Assembly (NCBI GenBank): GCA_043228905.1
Contig: JBHGNT010000011.1
Coordinates: 21,886,001 to 21,950,000 of the forward strand
Direction: 5' to 3'
Length of the DNA stretch: 64,000 nt
DNA from: Azolla caroliniana
Lineage: Eukaryota; Plantae; Polypodiophyta
Positions 1 through 13,748 of the stretch are shown here, piece after piece. The notes below the pieces were generated by a model. The model ran no database searches and was not told the origin of the DNA. It saw nothing but the letters and a program-made list of their open reading frames with translations. Position 1 is the stretch's first letter. Each line of letters begins with the position of its first letter. Position numbers and translations under genes: made by a program.

Positions 1-3000
1 AGCCATATAGCTTCCTTTGAAGCTTCTGTAGCTGAAATATATTCAGCTTCAGTAGTACTCAGTGCTACAATCTTTTGCAATTTGGAGCACCAAGACATTG
101 CTCCACCAGCAATTGTAAATATATACCCGCTAGTAGACTTACGTGTATCCAAGTCACCTGCCATGTCTGCATCACAATATCCCTGCAAATTTAATGCACC
201 CTTCCCATAGCATAAACATTTTCTCTGTGTACCTTTAAGATACCTGAAAACACACTTGACAGCCTCCCAATGTGCTTTCCTGGGATTAGACATATAGCGA
301 CTAACAACTCCCACTGCATAAGCAATATCTGGACGAGTAGCTACCATAGCATATATTAGAGAACCACATGCTGATGCATAAGGAATTCCCTTCATAGCAT
401 TGATTTTCATCTCATCCTTTGGACAATCAGCCTTGCTGAGTTTAAGATATGACGGCAAAGGAACTCCAAGGGACTTTGCTTCTGCCATATTAAATCTGTT
501 AAGCACTTTTTCAATGTACTTTTCTTGTGACAAAAACAACAATTTGTCTTTTCTGTTTCTATTGATTCTCATGCCCAAAATATGCTCTGCATTTCCCAAA
601 TCTTTCATAGAGAAGACCAATTTCAGTTGATCTTTTAGAGCATCAAGACTAGTCTTTCTTTTCCCAGCTAGCAACATATCATCCACATATAGAACAAGTA
701 TGATAGGACTGTCATCGATATCCTTTTTCGTGTATAAACAATGATCTGCATAGCTACGATCAAAGCCTTGAGAAAGCATAAAAGTATCAAACTTCTTATA
801 CCACTGTCGTGGTGCTTGTTTTAGGGCATACAAGCTACGTTTTAGTTTGCATACCAAATGCTCCTTGTTAGAGACTACAAAATCCTCAGGTTGTTTCATG
901 TAGATCTCTTCATCAATATCACCATGCAAAAAAGCGGTCTTTACATCCATTTGGTACAACTCCAAATTAAGCATTGCAGTGAGAGCAAATAGCACACGAA
1001 GTGTGGTCATCTTCACAACAGGAGAGAAGACCTCTTGGAAGTCAATACCTTCCTTCTGTGCATAACCCTTGGCAACTAATCTTGCCTTGTATTTTGGTTT
1101 CCCTTCAATTTCCTTTACCTTATAAACCCACTTATTTGGAAGAGCTTTCCTTCCTTGAGGTAAGGACACAAGATCCCATGTATCATTTGCATATAAAGAT
1201 TTTATTTCTTCTTGCATTGCAAGCTCCCACTTACTGCTAAGTTCACATGACATTGCCTCCTTATAAGTAAGAGGTTCACCCTCATCTGACAGCATGACAT
1301 AATGCAAAGAGGGGTCATATCTATATACCTGCCTCCTTGAACGATTAGACCTACGTACCCAATGATCAGTATTTTCTGGGATTGGTTCTAAATCTGGAGG
1401 AATATCATTTTCAGCACTTTCTGGCTGTTGCGAACCATGTCCAGCATGTCGTTCGACATCTATATTTTGTTCTTCAGTACCTTCATCTCGTTGACCAATA
1501 CTTTCATGAGCATCTCTGTGCTGTCCAACTTCTTCTGGCTCAAAGATAACCGGTTGACCATCATATTCAACCTTTGGTATAGCATCATGAGGTTTATTTT
1601 CAGATTTTGTGAATGGCTGTAATTGCTGAAATGTAACGCTCTTAGAGTTCCCAACAGAGGAACAAGCATTTTTCAGCAATTTTTCTTCATTAAAAACATC
1701 CCGGCTGCGTACAATTTTTCTGGACTGAGGTAACCAAATCCTATAGCCCATTTCACCTTCATCACCATAGCCCATAAAAATGCCCATGGTGGACTTAGCA
1801 TCGAGCTTATTTCTCAGCTCACTTCTAATGTGTACAAACGCATCACAACCGAAAATTCGTAAATGGTCATATGAGGCTGGTTTGCCAGACCAAACCTCCT
1901 CAGGGATTCCATTTTTTAAGGACTTGTTGGGAGAACGATTACATATATGAACCGCGGTTTTTAATGCTTCTCCCCAAAATTCATGAGGGAGATTAGCTGT
2001 GGACAGCATGCATCGTACTCGCTCACACACGGTCCTATTATACCTTTCTGCCACCCCATTTGATGAAGGGTTATATGGAGCTGTAAGCTCTCTTTTAATA
2101 CCATGTAAGTCACAATAAGACTTAAATTCTGCAGATGTAAACTCACCCCCATTATCTGTTCTGAGACATTTCAGTTTTGTCCCTTTTTGAGTAGTCACAA
2201 ATGCATGAAAAGATTTAGATGCATCAAATGCATCACCTTTTCTTTTCATCAAGTACACCCAAATCTTCCTAGAATGATCATCGATAAAGGAAATAAAATA
2301 TGCAGCACCGCCCAAGGATTTTATAGGCATGCTACATACATCAGAATGCACCAAATCTAGCACATTTGGTTTATGAGAGATACTAGAATAATAAGAATTT
2401 CTCACTTGTTTGCCAAATAGACAATCATTACAAAAAGCTGTAACATCAAATCTTTTGAAAGCAGAAAGGACTTCAAGTCCTTTTTGGCTCATATGTCCTA
2501 ATCTCTTATGCCAAAGCTGTAAACGAGAGTCGAATTCAGCAATAGCAAGAAACTTTCCAGGTAAAGCTTTGCATTGCAAACAGTACAGAGTGCCCTTTTT
2601 GCAACCTTTCACCATAACCATAGATTCTTTCTTTAGTTTCCATAATCCACCACCGAATAATGTGGTGTAACCATGCAAATCCATCTGTCCTATAGATAGC
2701 AAACTTTTCTTTATGCCAGGTACATACCTAACATCTTTGAGCACAAGCTCTTGACCATTATCTAAAGACAAGTGTATGGTTCCAATACCATCAATATTGC
2801 AAGCACTATTGTTACCAAGATAAACTTTTCCATAACTGCCTGCATCAAATGTGGTAAAGCACTCCAAACATGGAGTAACATGAAAAGAAGCCCCATAGTC
2901 TACTATCCATGTTTGTGTCAATCCATCTTCGATTGACAATAAAGCATCAATAACATTTGTTTTGGTGATTTGCATGTCTTGAACATGAGCTATAAAGGCA

Positions 3001-3892
3001 TCACCTGTAATACAAAGTACATCACCATCTTCACCAGATAGGTCTTCAATGATAACATTTGAAGCCATATTAGCTTTCTCTGTTGTATTAAACTTATCCT
3101 CTTTGTTTTTCTTCTCTCCTACATTCTTCTTCCTTTCTAGTTCCATCTTCCAATATCTACAATCAGGTTTCTTATGACCTTTACGGCCACAATGATAGCA
3201 TGTGATATCTTGTTGTTTTCCTTTCCCTCTACTCTTACTTCTATTTCTTTGTCCTACATTTGGGTTCCTCTTATCATATCTCCCCCTAATATTGTATGCT
3301 GAACCACTACCTTCTCCACTAGATTGTCTTCTAATCTCTTCACTGAGAATAGAGCCCCGCACACCATCGAAGGTCAAGGTGGGGCTATTAGATAGTGAAA
3401 CAATTAATGTTTCCCACGAATTCGGTAAAGTCATAAGTAGGAAGATAGCTTTGAGCTTGTCATCAAAAGCTGGTAATCCTGAATCTTGTAGTTGGGAGAG
3501 AGTACCTGTGAATAACGATAGATGCTCTGTTGCACCTTTCGACTCATCAAGCCTCATATTGACAAGTTTTCTCATCAAATGCACCTGATTCACAGGAGTA
3601 GTATTCTCGTAAGTTTTCTTAAGTTTCTCCCAAACTTGATGGCAGTAGTCAAGCCCTTTACATCTACAAGAATTTCATCAGAAACAGCCATTTTAATATA
3701 TGTAATGGCTTTCTTATTCAGAGTGTTCCAAGCATCATTTTCCATGCTCTCTGGTTTCTTTTCTACAAGAGCATCTTCACAATCTCTTAGAAAGAGGATG
3801 CCCAGCATACGCTCTTTCCACAATTCGAAACCTTTTCCATCAAATCTCTTGATTTCAAAGAGGTTTTTCACTTCAGCTGAAGTGGAGGCCAT
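1..3892 (-). pseudogene. copia gag-pol with a 1-bp frameshift near 3640; the rest appears open to the window edge
   Basis: ATG at ~3892 (MASTSAEVKNLF). Copy 2 reads actgcctgtcaagt where this copy reads actgccatcaagt, so one base is missing. Stretches I translated (3630-2150, 1710-1150) had no stops. The protease motif is DYG instead of DSG. Confidence 0.8.
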
Positions 3893-4054
3893 TGCTCCCA
3901 AGATTTATGACAGATGCCTTCAGAAATTGAGCAGAATACCAATAGGAAAGGGTCTGACACATTTTTTATTTTTTATTATTTTTACTTTTTAAATCTGTGT
4001 TTTCTGCTGATTCTGAATCTAAAGAAAAACAGCAAAGTAGAGGAAAGAGATTTG

Positions 4055-4066
4055 GCTCTGATACCA
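4055..4066 (-). promoter_or_regulatory. primer binding site complementary to tRNA-iMet
   Basis: gctctgatacca is the reverse complement of TGGTATCAGAGC and lies directly inside the LTR. Confidence 0.92.
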
Positions 4067-4345
4067 GTTAAAGGTAAAGAGGGATGTTTGACGGATCAGC
4101 TATTGAGAGATGACGTTCAGCAAACAGGACTGTAGTAGAGATGAGAGTAGAGACACGCAGATCTTTGGTGTACCCAACCGCCTTGATTGGTACACAAGAA
4201 AAAAAAAAGGTTATTATATTAGTTAACCTTACAAAGAAAGTGGTGTGTTCACATTATAAAAGGAGGTGTCTTGTCCAGGTGAACAATGTGTTCACATATA
4301 CGAATAATTACCTAATTTGTGAACTACGGGCCTTTACACCTAACA
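4067..4345 (-). repeat. 5' LTR of copia A copy 1 (~280 bp)
   Basis: On the minus strand it starts TGTTAGG at 4345 and ends ...TTTAAC abutting the PBS (terminal inverted TGTTA/TAAC). The partner LTR is outside the window, so the outer edge is inferred. Confidence 0.65.
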
Positions 4346-5094
4346 ATCCTGACAGTATTGCTAATTGCATATTTTCAGACATAATTTTATACGAGTGTCT
4401 TTTAGTCTTATTTATTCTCTTCTTCCTCCCTATTTTCCTTCTTTGTTTGATTCCTTTCTCTCTCCCTTCTCTTCACGTTTCTTCTCCTCTTCTCATACAT
4501 CTCGTTCTTCTACATTTCTATACCCATAACAAGCCCCAATATACAATTATTTAATTTTGTTTATTTTTACTGTGATTAATGTTGATCCCTTCCTCAAGTA
4601 CTCTTAGGTTCTTGCATTGTAGCATTTCAATCTAGTGGCAAAACTAATGGATGTAGCAACTGCTTTAATCTCCTTCTTCTTCTTTTGATCTCCTCAAAAT
4701 CATGCTCCACCAACAGGAACTTGATCTTGTTATCTCTTGATACCTCTATCTCTGATTGTTTCCAGGTTCAACAATGTCATAATAATCATTGCATATATGC
4801 GCATATTAGGGTAGAGAACTTTTCTTATGGAACATCCCAATTCATGTTTTCCTCACTTTGGTGGTTCAGGATTTACCCCTACCATGTATATATTTAAGGA
4901 CTTCATTTTATTATTTGAAGAAAGATATAAGACTACAGAAGAAGAACATCACTTGATTCTATTATTTGAAGAAAGATGGAATCTTAGAGAAGACAGAAGC
5001 CAACGATACTGTTGCTTCCTACCAAATCCCTATCTCCAATATATCCTTGAGGTACTTAATAGCATGATCAAATTTTTGCGCCACAACGGTTGAG

Positions 5095-5210
5095 TAGCAA
5101 TCGGCCACAACGGTTCAAACTGAAACAATTCAAACCAAATCATTAGAGAGATTTCCAAGCTCAAACCAAATGGTTCAAGAGGTTTATTAACCGTTCAGCC
5201 GTTAAGCTTT
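5095..5210. mobile_element. degenerate remnant of hAT-MITE family A
   Basis: tagcaatcggcc resembles the TAGCAATGGGCC TIR and is followed by aaaccaaa / ccgttaagc motifs as in 23054-23851. No second TIR or TSD found. Confidence 0.35.
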
Positions 5211-5930
5211 ACTTTCCGTTTTGCATTCATTTGTATAATGGAATATTATGCTTGCTTTCTATAGAGAGCACTCGTGGCACCATTCTGGTATCTTCGTATG
5301 TCTTAAATAATGAAGATGGCTGGCTTAGAACATGCTAGTGTAAACAACATTATTTTGGTGGAGCCACAAGGATTGCTTCTAGTGCTGTCCACCCAGTTTG
5401 CTGCCATGCCACCCAAAATCAACCCAACCACAAATAAAAAGATAAAGTGGAGGCTGCAAAAATCAATGCATTTGATCAAGTTGGAGACGGCACGAGGAAT
5501 ATAGATTTTTTGAAGTTCCTGTAGTAGTGCATGATGAAGAGTCACATGTGCAACCGGCACAAGAGGGGGCTAATGGATCAGAGCATTGATGAAGTGGTGG
5601 CACAATTGGCAGAGCTTCCCATGGTTAGGGCATGGGTGGTGGAGCAACATGACCACAAGTGTACTAATATTGCCACCAAGAAGGGCAATGTATGCGAGAG
5701 TATAAAGAGGAGGATTGGGGTTGAGAGAAGTATCAAAGATGGTGGCAGCATTGCACCGTGAGCTGGCAGAATCAATTAAAAAGAAGGCACTGCTCATTGT
5801 TGTAATATGTCGGAGAATGAGCTCTGGTTTCTGTGTCAATGCTTCCTAGATGTTTTTGACTTGTTTTCCACTGTCATAATCTCTGGAAGAGGTGTTTATC
5901 TCCCATCACTCCACTTCCTAAGCATCATCA

Positions 5931-6541
5931 TGTGACGTGTTTCTTATCACACCAATTCCTAAACATCGTCATTCAATGTGTTGTCATACAGTTCGTGCTC
6001 GATGTGTCGAACCACTGGGGCTTTGTATGAGGAGAGTTCATAACGAAAAGGGAGAGAGATGAGCATGGACAAAGCTTTATTGTATTGAGAAAAAACGTTT
6101 TTACCAAAGTTACAATGCACGATGGCCTGAACCTTCGTGCATTGTACTCCGGCCTGAACCTTCGATGTCAATTTTGAGAGAAAAGACCCTTCGTGTAGAT
6201 GATCTATCTTGATTTGTTGATTACTTGGTCGATCAATCGTTTGACTGATGCCTTGATGGTTCCCTTCCTTCCCTTTATATAGGTGCTATCATGCATATGA
6301 TGTATGTGCCGGATCTTCTGCAGATATTTCGTTGTTAGGCAATATTTGGCTTGTGAAGGGTACATGGTTTTTTCCCAATGCGATGCCTGTCGAAGCAATG
6401 GTGTTTGTCTTATTTCCCTAAACCGTCCCTCTACTAGGGCTTCAATTTGCTTCTGTGTTGGGGCACAATTGTCTTCTCTGTTTTCCCTGCCCTCGTTGAC
6501 CACAGAAATAAAATTTCAAATTTCAAATTTCTCCTCTCACA
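5931..6541 (-). mobile_element. putative solo LTR
   Basis: Bounded by TGTGA...TCACA. The minus strand has TATA-like CCTATATAAAGGG (~6272-6283) upstream of AATAAAG (~6075-6081). Flanks CATCA/CCACA are only a 3/5 TSD match. Confidence 0.4.
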
Positions 6542-7139
6542 CCACAGGTTTTAGGAGGAAAAGTGTTAGTAATGTATATGATATCACATTAAAAAGATGA
6601 TTTTCCTTTGAGCATGAGCATAAGAAAATATCAATTTCTTCTCAATCACACAACGGAAAAGAAGAGAAAAAGGTATGCTCTTGTTCTTCATTTCAAAATT
6701 AGGGAGTTTGGTATCTCATTACTTAGATATTATATGATTTATTGTCCATAAGAGACCTGTACAATTGATCAGACGGGGCCAAGCCCATGGTGAGGATCAA
6801 AACTGGTTTCTCTTAATTTTATAACGTTGATGCTATGGTGTAAACCACCAAACCAACAGAGAAAGAGAGAAAGATATATTAACATCTATTAGAGGCCAAA
6901 ATCGATGTATGAGACAAGTCAAATATGGGTGAATTCATGTCATCCATACTGAAATAAAAATACACTCAATTTTCATGATCTCAATCATGTGGTGGGATGA
7001 GTTTTGAGATAATATACAAGCATGGAGTGCATAACTAATATGTATGAGAACAGTGGACACTGGACTTCGTATCTGAGGTTGATTGGTGTATAGAAATGAG
7101 GTTATCATGAAGTTTAACAAGTTGTGATTGTCATGGCAT

Positions 7140-7455
7140 CCTGCATGCGTCTAAAAGGTTTGGTTCCCGATATTTTTAATCTTGAACAGGACATGGCCAA
7201 ACTGTCATGGGCCAGCCGTCTCCATTGTTTTTAGAATGTTGCCGAGTCCATGTAGAGGGTGGCATACTTCTCTTTGTTTCGGTTGAAAGCTGGGCCCTTA
7301 CACATATATGAAATCGGTTCCTTAAACTTTTTAGCTAATTTGAAGGTTTCTCTTCTAGATTTCCTCAAGTAGGCAAGTTTGTTCCACATTTGGAAATGCC
7401 TCATTCAAAATGATTGGATTTATCCCATACTCGAATCAGAAAATTGCATGAGGTA
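7140..7455 (+). pseudogene. possible decayed LRR-gene fragment
   Basis: Short frames read MRLKGLVPDIFNLEQ and LDLSHTRIRKLHE (LxxLDLSxTxIxxL-like). No continuous ORF. Confidence 0.25.
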
Positions 7456-7497
7456 TCGAAGTCCTTTTTTCCTCTTAATCATGTAGTATATCATCAT

Positions 7498-8186
7498 CAT
7501 AGAATGTAATAAACGTGTACGTGCAAGTGCAAGCATACAAACGTTTGCAAACGAATACGTTTGAAAAGGGAAAAATACGTGTTCCTTTATTATTATTAGA
7601 AATTAGCTAACCCTCGTGGTAAGTTGTTGTGCTACTATAGCCAATGTCTTGAGTTCGAATCCAAATTTTTCCTTCTCCCTCCCTCTCTCTAGTGTCATGT
7701 CATAGTAAAATTTTATGTTAGTGTCATGTTTTTTTCATATTCTCGAATATGTATATGTTTTATGAGTTTTTGAACGTTTGATTATAATTTATAATGACAT
7801 ATTTTGATTCAATCTCTACTGTTCATACTCATTTTTTTGTAAAGATCTAAAGTGAAGAAATTGATACCTTCACTAGTTGCAAGATGAGAACATCGATAAT
7901 TGCAAGATGATCTCATCATCAATACACTTATGTCTTTGAATTTTTTGATTTTTATGTTTGTGCTTTCTAATGTTTAGTAGTTAATTCCTAAGTGTTGAAC
8001 TTTCAATTGTGTTGACATTTGATTCAAACAAATATAATATAGACCATAGTCATTTTTTGAAATTCCAATCTTTATTTTTTTTCCAACTTATAAATCGAAT
8101 CCAACTTTGAGATGATTCACCATATACGTTTGATTGAATCATTCTCGAATGCGAATGCACGTATGGTACATATGGTTCATTCTATG
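7498..8186. mobile_element. non-autonomous hAT-like MITE, family B (689 bp)
   Basis: TIRs CATAGAATGTAA / (rc)CATAGAATGAA. Exact 8-bp TSD ATCATCAT (7490-7497, 8187-8194). The right end matches the left end of 57450-58082 in reverse complement. Confidence 0.85.
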
Positions 8187-9415
8187 ATCATCATCATATC
8201 AATGTAGGATATCACTCACACTTAGTCTATGTTGAGTTGGTTTTGTTGACACGAAAGAGTCTATAGTCGTTCTTTCCAAGGTTATAGTAGAAAAGGACCC
8301 GTTTCAATCATTGCTTGATGGAGAAGAAAATAGTTGTTTGAAGGTATTAAAAGTTAGATATATGAAAACATTGATACTTCATTCTTTTAGCAATGAAATG
8401 GACTTGTTGTTTGGATGATGCAGGTGAGCTGTAACGATTAAGAGTTAAAGTGGGAAAAGATTTAGGAAGAATATCCTGAATCAAAATTTGGTTTGGTAAC
8501 AAAATTTATCTTTTAATAGTTATGTAGTAATGAGTAATGCACAATCCTGTGATGGGGTGTTCATATCTTACCCACACACACCATATCATAGGTACTAACG
8601 TCTATTAAAGATTGTTGATTTAATATTGGCTTTAAATGTGGCAATAATGTTTTGAATGTCTACTACTTGAAGTAAAGCAAGTAACTTTGACATTGCCTTG
8701 TGTTTTCCCCTTGTACCAGGGATAATTGTGACAGTAAAAGAGAACTTGATATCCTACATGGCTGTGTATGTCCTCTCTATCTTTTTAAAACGTATTTTTA
8801 TTCTGCTATAGTATGTATTTTTGGAAAGTAATTCAGCACACATACAAAAACTTCTAGGATTGAAAATGCATTAAAACTAAGTAAGAAAATCTATTTTTTG
8901 TCTATGTTGTAATTGCCGAGTGAAAATGATCCTGAATGGTTTACTATTAATGACCTTGCCCAATGCCCCCACTAGTTAACTGTGTCTTTGCAATGTTGTT
9001 TTATACCACAACTATTTTTACTGCCATTGATATAATGTATATATTTTACTTAGTGTTGTCTAAAGTTCTATGAGACAAGAAGATCTCTACAAAATTCTAT
9101 TTTTTAAAATTCAAAAGGAATGTGATAACATAAATAATGCTCCTAGTCTGTTTCCAAAATTGTCAGGGTTGCATCTGCACCTGGGAAAGTACTGCTTACA
9201 GCTGCATATTTAGTTCTGGAACGGCCAAATGTGGGCATGGTTCTCTCAATATTTCAATATTGTTCTCAATTATTTGTCTTAAAACAAGTGACACCAAATA
9301 TATTGTTGGATTATTGAAACACAATTTGAAAGCATTGCCTCAAACTTTATGGGTATGTGTTCTAATACAATGGTCGTTTTGTAATGGTAACTCTGCCAAA
9401 TTATTTGCAAGACTT

Positions 9416-9638
9416 TAATGTTCAAGTTTGGATTTGGTTAACACGCTATCTGTATCAATCTAAAAGGTAAAACTACTCTCTAATAGTCAACCTTAACATA
9501 AACTTTTCATGGCTATAATGTTCATAAACTTTTCAAGGCTATAATGTTCAAGTTTGGATTTGGGTAACGCACATGCTATTTGAATCAATCAAAAAGGTAA
9601 AACTACTCTCTACTAGTCAACCTTTAACATAAACTTTT
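9416..9638. repeat. tandem duplication, ~125-bp period
   Basis: taatgttcaagtttggatttgg...aaaaggtaaaactactctct...aacataaactttt occurs twice. Confidence 0.85.
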
Positions 9639-11880
9639 TAGACTAGGCTTCCTAAATATTAAAAAATTCAATACTTGTCCTTAATGATCACAATATTAGA
9701 TTAAGTACTATTAAACACCCACATGCATGTGGGCAAGCAGGCATACATGCATATTATTTGAATGCTTTATTGTAAACTGACAAAATGCATAGTGAGCCAT
9801 GTAATTGTGGTAATTAATGCCATTAACATTGGTTGTCTAAAAATGCTCATGTTATTAATAAACTTTAATGTGAAACCAATGCCATTAACTATGGCCACAT
9901 AAACATGCTCCCAACAACAATAAACTTTTATGCTTCATTAATCACAATATCCCTTTGCGATGAAGCAATACTATTTATGTTTTCCCTGCTATTTTGGTGT
10001 AACAATACTACTTAAATGAATATTCACAAAGCGCACTACTGCATACCCCCACCCTCCCCTAAAATAAATATTTAAAGAAAATTAAATTGTTTTACGTTGA
10101 TATTGAAGTAAAACTTTATTTCAAAGTCTTGTTGTGTTATACATCATGTCGTATGAACTTTGTTGAAACAAAGGTATGAATGGTCTTTAGAATGTGTTCA
10201 TTTTTACATTAGAACTATTTGAGCTAATATAAAGGTTGGTTTTGTGCTCACAATCATCCGAAGTACTCATCAATGAGAACAACCTACAATTGTAAATATC
10301 ACTCTCTTAACAGGATAGTAAAGTACTTAGTACTTCCATTTTTTAATCTAAAGAGCTAGTTGCTTAGAATTATTTTGGTATTGAATTATTTAATATGGAC
10401 AAGTATTGAATTATTTGGCATTTTCATTCATAATGAATGTGTAACAATTGATGACTATTGCCTTATAAAACACACTAACGTTTAGACCAAACATTGTGAT
10501 CAATTAGCGTGGATTCCATACAATTAGGTTTAAACACAAGTGCCATATGAAATGCATTAAATATTTGGCAAATGTGTTTTGGTCACTTTAACTTATCACA
10601 TCACCTATCTCATCTTCTAAACTTGGAGTTGTTCCTCCAAGTTGTATATGTTGATCCCACTGTGGATTCGGGTAAACTTTGATGTATTCTATTTGCTAAC
10701 TAATGCAAAATAGTGTTTTTTTATAGGAAAAAAAAAACAATGTATTTGTACATGATGTTCTCATGTAACCTAAACTTAAATATTCATTCCATTTATACAA
10801 TACGAAACATAATCATCAAGTATTCCTTTGTGGCATCCAATGTGTGTTTAAATTGTTCAAAAAGAGCCCATATGTGTGCATCTAGAACCAAGTAATAGTG
10901 CAATGAATTGAAAGGAGCAAGATTAGGTGAGAAGTCATCAAAGAGGCGTAACTATAGTAAGCGCAAAGTGTGGTTATTATTTGGTTTTTGGACATTTGCC
11001 CATCAAAAGACTATGAAACATAAACAAAACATTCAACTTGTAGCCTAGAAGAATATCATATATCTTAAAGTTTAAGCAAAATTGTGCCAAATCTTCGAAA
11101 CAAGTTTGTTTAGTGTCATGAAAGAGAAGCATCAACAAAAGATTGTTTCGTACAATAAACTATGATACCTCAACAATGGTGTCCAATCATTTGATTATCG
11201 AGGAAGATAGGGAGCAATAGTCTATAGTGTGTGCGGCTTAGTCGTCGAAGACCACTTAAGTGGATAAGGCTTTTTTTCGAATTATAATACCATATTTGGG
11301 TAGATACACATCATCCTTTACATAATCACAAAAAAACACCCGAGTATGGCCACTTGCTTGGTATAGTGATCGAGATTAAAGTTTGTCCCTTTGTGATGGT
11401 GACTAGCTCCAATGAAGCTATTTGAGTTTGTGCTTAGTATAGGGCCCTAATGATCTATACACAAATCATTTGGTGTTGACGATCTCATTGGATGTGGAGC
11501 ATCTACTTACTTTAAGTTTTAATGGACAAAAAGAAGAGGTGAACCATACACGTAGCTATACTTAAAAGCCTAGATAAAGACGACATTGCATGTTTGATAA
11601 TATCACGAAGTGTAGTGTAGCCCTACATAAAAGAGATAAATTGTTTGAGGATGGGAGTAGCCATCCACCCATTGATGTATCAAGACAAAAGTGTAAAAAG
11701 TAAAAAAGAGAGGAGATTCAATAAAATGGAATACTGCCCCCCTAAAGAACACAAGAGGTGTACACTTCCGAGGTTTTTTAAGGAGTTAGGCGAATGAGCT
11801 TAATGTTGGATTCTATTGTCCATTTGTAATGAAATTAATTAATGTTGTGTCCCTCCTAGGTGTTAGCAAGCCACCCAAAG

Positions 11881-11882
<2 letters not shown>

Positions 11883-11914
<32 letters not shown>
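11883..11914. repeat. (GT)n microsatellite
   Basis: About 16 GT units, seen directly. A (CT)n run follows near 12032-12049. Confidence 0.95.
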
Positions 11915-11916
<2 letters not shown>

Positions 11917-12440
11917 TTGTGTGTGACACAAGCTTCACGGAAACCATGAATCATCTCATGCCTACAAATAGAGATATTTCCCCCCATGTTTTTTCAACAA
12001 AACTAGGTCACAACTTGTGTGCTTCCCTCCCTCTCTCTCTCTCTCTCTCCCCCCATGAGATTCTAACATAGTTGCTCTTGATGCAATTAATTTGCGTGTT
12101 TCCAATAATGGTATCTATCAGAATTCCCAAGAGTCTTATAATGCACAAGTAGGTTTAGGTGGGTCATAAGGTGGCTCTTGGATCGGCTTAAGATTACACA
12201 AGGGCTTTCTTTTATAAGCAATATTAGGGTTAGGGTTTTGTCAGTAGCAGCAACCTAAGGGCTTTGACCAGATGTTGGTTTTATATGATGTGGTTAGGGT
12301 TAGGTGGTTGGTTTAGGGGGTAGGGATTCATAGGGCTTTCGTCAGATATTGGGTGTTTTTTCATCATAGTTTAGGGTTGAGGTTAGGGTGGAGATTAAAA
12401 GGATTTTCTGAAGTTAAGAGGTGATCAGGATGTGAAGCTA

Positions 12441-13748
12441 ATGGCCATCATCTTCACCATGTCTAGTGTCCTCCTCCTCCTCCTATTCTTCTTCTTCTTG
12501 ACCCACAATGAGCATGGTAATAACAAAAGACTTGACCTTTTCCTCATCTTGAACTCCCTCATCCTCATCCTCTTTGCCTCCTCACATTTCCACAAACAAG
12601 AGAAAACTCATCACCATACCACCAAGGAGGAACCCTTTACCAACTCCATTGACCATGGTAACCTTTTCATCCCTCAAGACTTTCTCCATAATGAACCACC
12701 CTATGATTCTCTTGACACCACTAATGACGGACTTCGTCGTGTTCACACCAACAATGATGTCGATGATCAATGCACCCGTGATAATAATTACGCCAACAAC
12801 GACAATGAGCTTCCCACCCATGGTTATCATGACGCTATGGACATTGTCCTACCACCGGTTGTTGATAGCCATGCTCAATACTCCCAGGCCCATAACACCT
12901 CCCTTGGTTCCGTCCTACCATTCACGGGTAAGGATCATGTTAATTGTGCCCCACTTGTTGTCACCCTGCCATTAGCAAGTAATGACCATGCTAATCATGC
13001 CGATATTGGCTCCACCCCAGCATTAGTAGGTAATGGCCATGTTAATCACTTCCAAAGTCATGGGAATATCGGCACTTTCTTGCTATTAGCACCTCATCCC
13101 AACAATATCAATAGAATAATCCTACCATCAATGGCTAATCAGGTTGCTGATCCTAACAATCTTGGTTCCATGGTGTTAGAGGATGAGGGTATGGTGATAT
13201 CGGAAGAAATGCCTCAAGAACAAATGCCATCATTGTGCTTAAAAAATTATCGGACCAAAAAGGTGAAGAAAAAGAAGGCATCCAACAAGGATCATGATCA
13301 TGATCACGTGAAGTTGATACCTAGTTCGACAGTTCCTCTTGAAGTATTGAAGCAAGATAATGAATATCAATCAAGGTCCATTAGTCCTAGTGGTATTGTC
13401 ACTAAACCTTGGGCTCAGAAAGGTGATACTTTAGATGCTATATGGAAGGAGAACTCTGAAAAGAAGTCAAGACAATCCAGTAGCGCATTTCATCAACAAT
13501 TTCAAGCATATAATATGGAGGTCATGAATGACAAATTGCCTCCATCTCATACCCATGACAACAACACTTCACGTGATGACTATACGCATGAAGATGCAAA
13601 GATAAGTGTCACCAAATCAGACCATGCTATTCCTTTCGACGAATTACAATGTCGAGCAGACACATTCATCTTTCAATTTCGAGAGCATATGCAGAGAGAG
13701 CAATCCTTGCTCAATTACATGCAAATGGTAGATAGAGGAGCAAGTTAA
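12441..13748 (+). CDS. intronless DUF761 (cotton fibre-expressed) family protein with N-terminal hydrophobic/DUF4408-like segment, ~435 aa
   Basis: ORF of 438 codons with first ATG at 12441. N-terminal hydrophobic stretches include LFLILNSLILILF. The C-terminus DELQCRADTFIFQFREHMQREQSLLNYMQMVDRG matches the DUF761 signature (EL..RA..FI..F...M...S...Y..M..RG). Confidence 0.78.
   Translation: MAIIFTMSSVLLLLLFFFFLTHNEHGNNKRLDLFLILNSLILILFASSHFHKQEKTHHHTTKEEPFTNSIDHGNLFIPQDFLHNEPPYDSLDTTNDGLRRVHTNNDVDDQCTRDNNYANNDNELPTHGYHDAMDIVLPPVVDSHAQYSQAHNTSLGSVLPFTGKDHVNCAPLVVTLPLASNDHANHADIGSTPALVGNGHVNHFQSHGNIGTFLLLAPHPNNINRIILPSMANQVADPNNLGSMVLEDEGMVISEEMPQEQMPSLCLKNYRTKKVKKKKASNKDHDHDHVKLIPSSTVPLEVLKQDNEYQSRSISPSGIVTKPWAQKGDTLDAIWKENSEKKSRQSSSAFHQQFQAYNMEVMNDKLPPSHTHDNNTSRDDYTHEDAKISVTKSDHAIPFDELQCRADTFIFQFREHMQREQSLLNYMQMVDRGAS

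Larger units (their letters stand above)
1..4345 (-). mobile_element. Ty1/copia LTR retrotransposon, family A copy 1 (5' LTR, PBS and gag-pol; 3' part runs off the window start)
   Basis: Minus-strand domain order is gag (FDGKGFELWKERM; zinc knuckle CYHCGRKGHKKPDC), protease (WIVDYGASFH ~2880-2909), GAG-pre-integrase (LWHKRLGHM), integrase (VHSDVC..IDDHSR..LRTDNGGEF), RT (YVDD ~678-689) and start of RNase H (DADMAGDLD, STTEAEY). INT before RT is the copia order. Confidence 0.97.

Noticed and set aside
3202-3992. Plus-strand ORFs opposite copia gag (also 55972-56295)
   Set aside because: Antisense shadows of gag with no independent motifs; the similarity between copies follows from element homology.
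5300-5850. Cluster of overlapping short ORFs
   Set aside because: No recognisable domain, stops in the frames examined, and no splice structure I could support.
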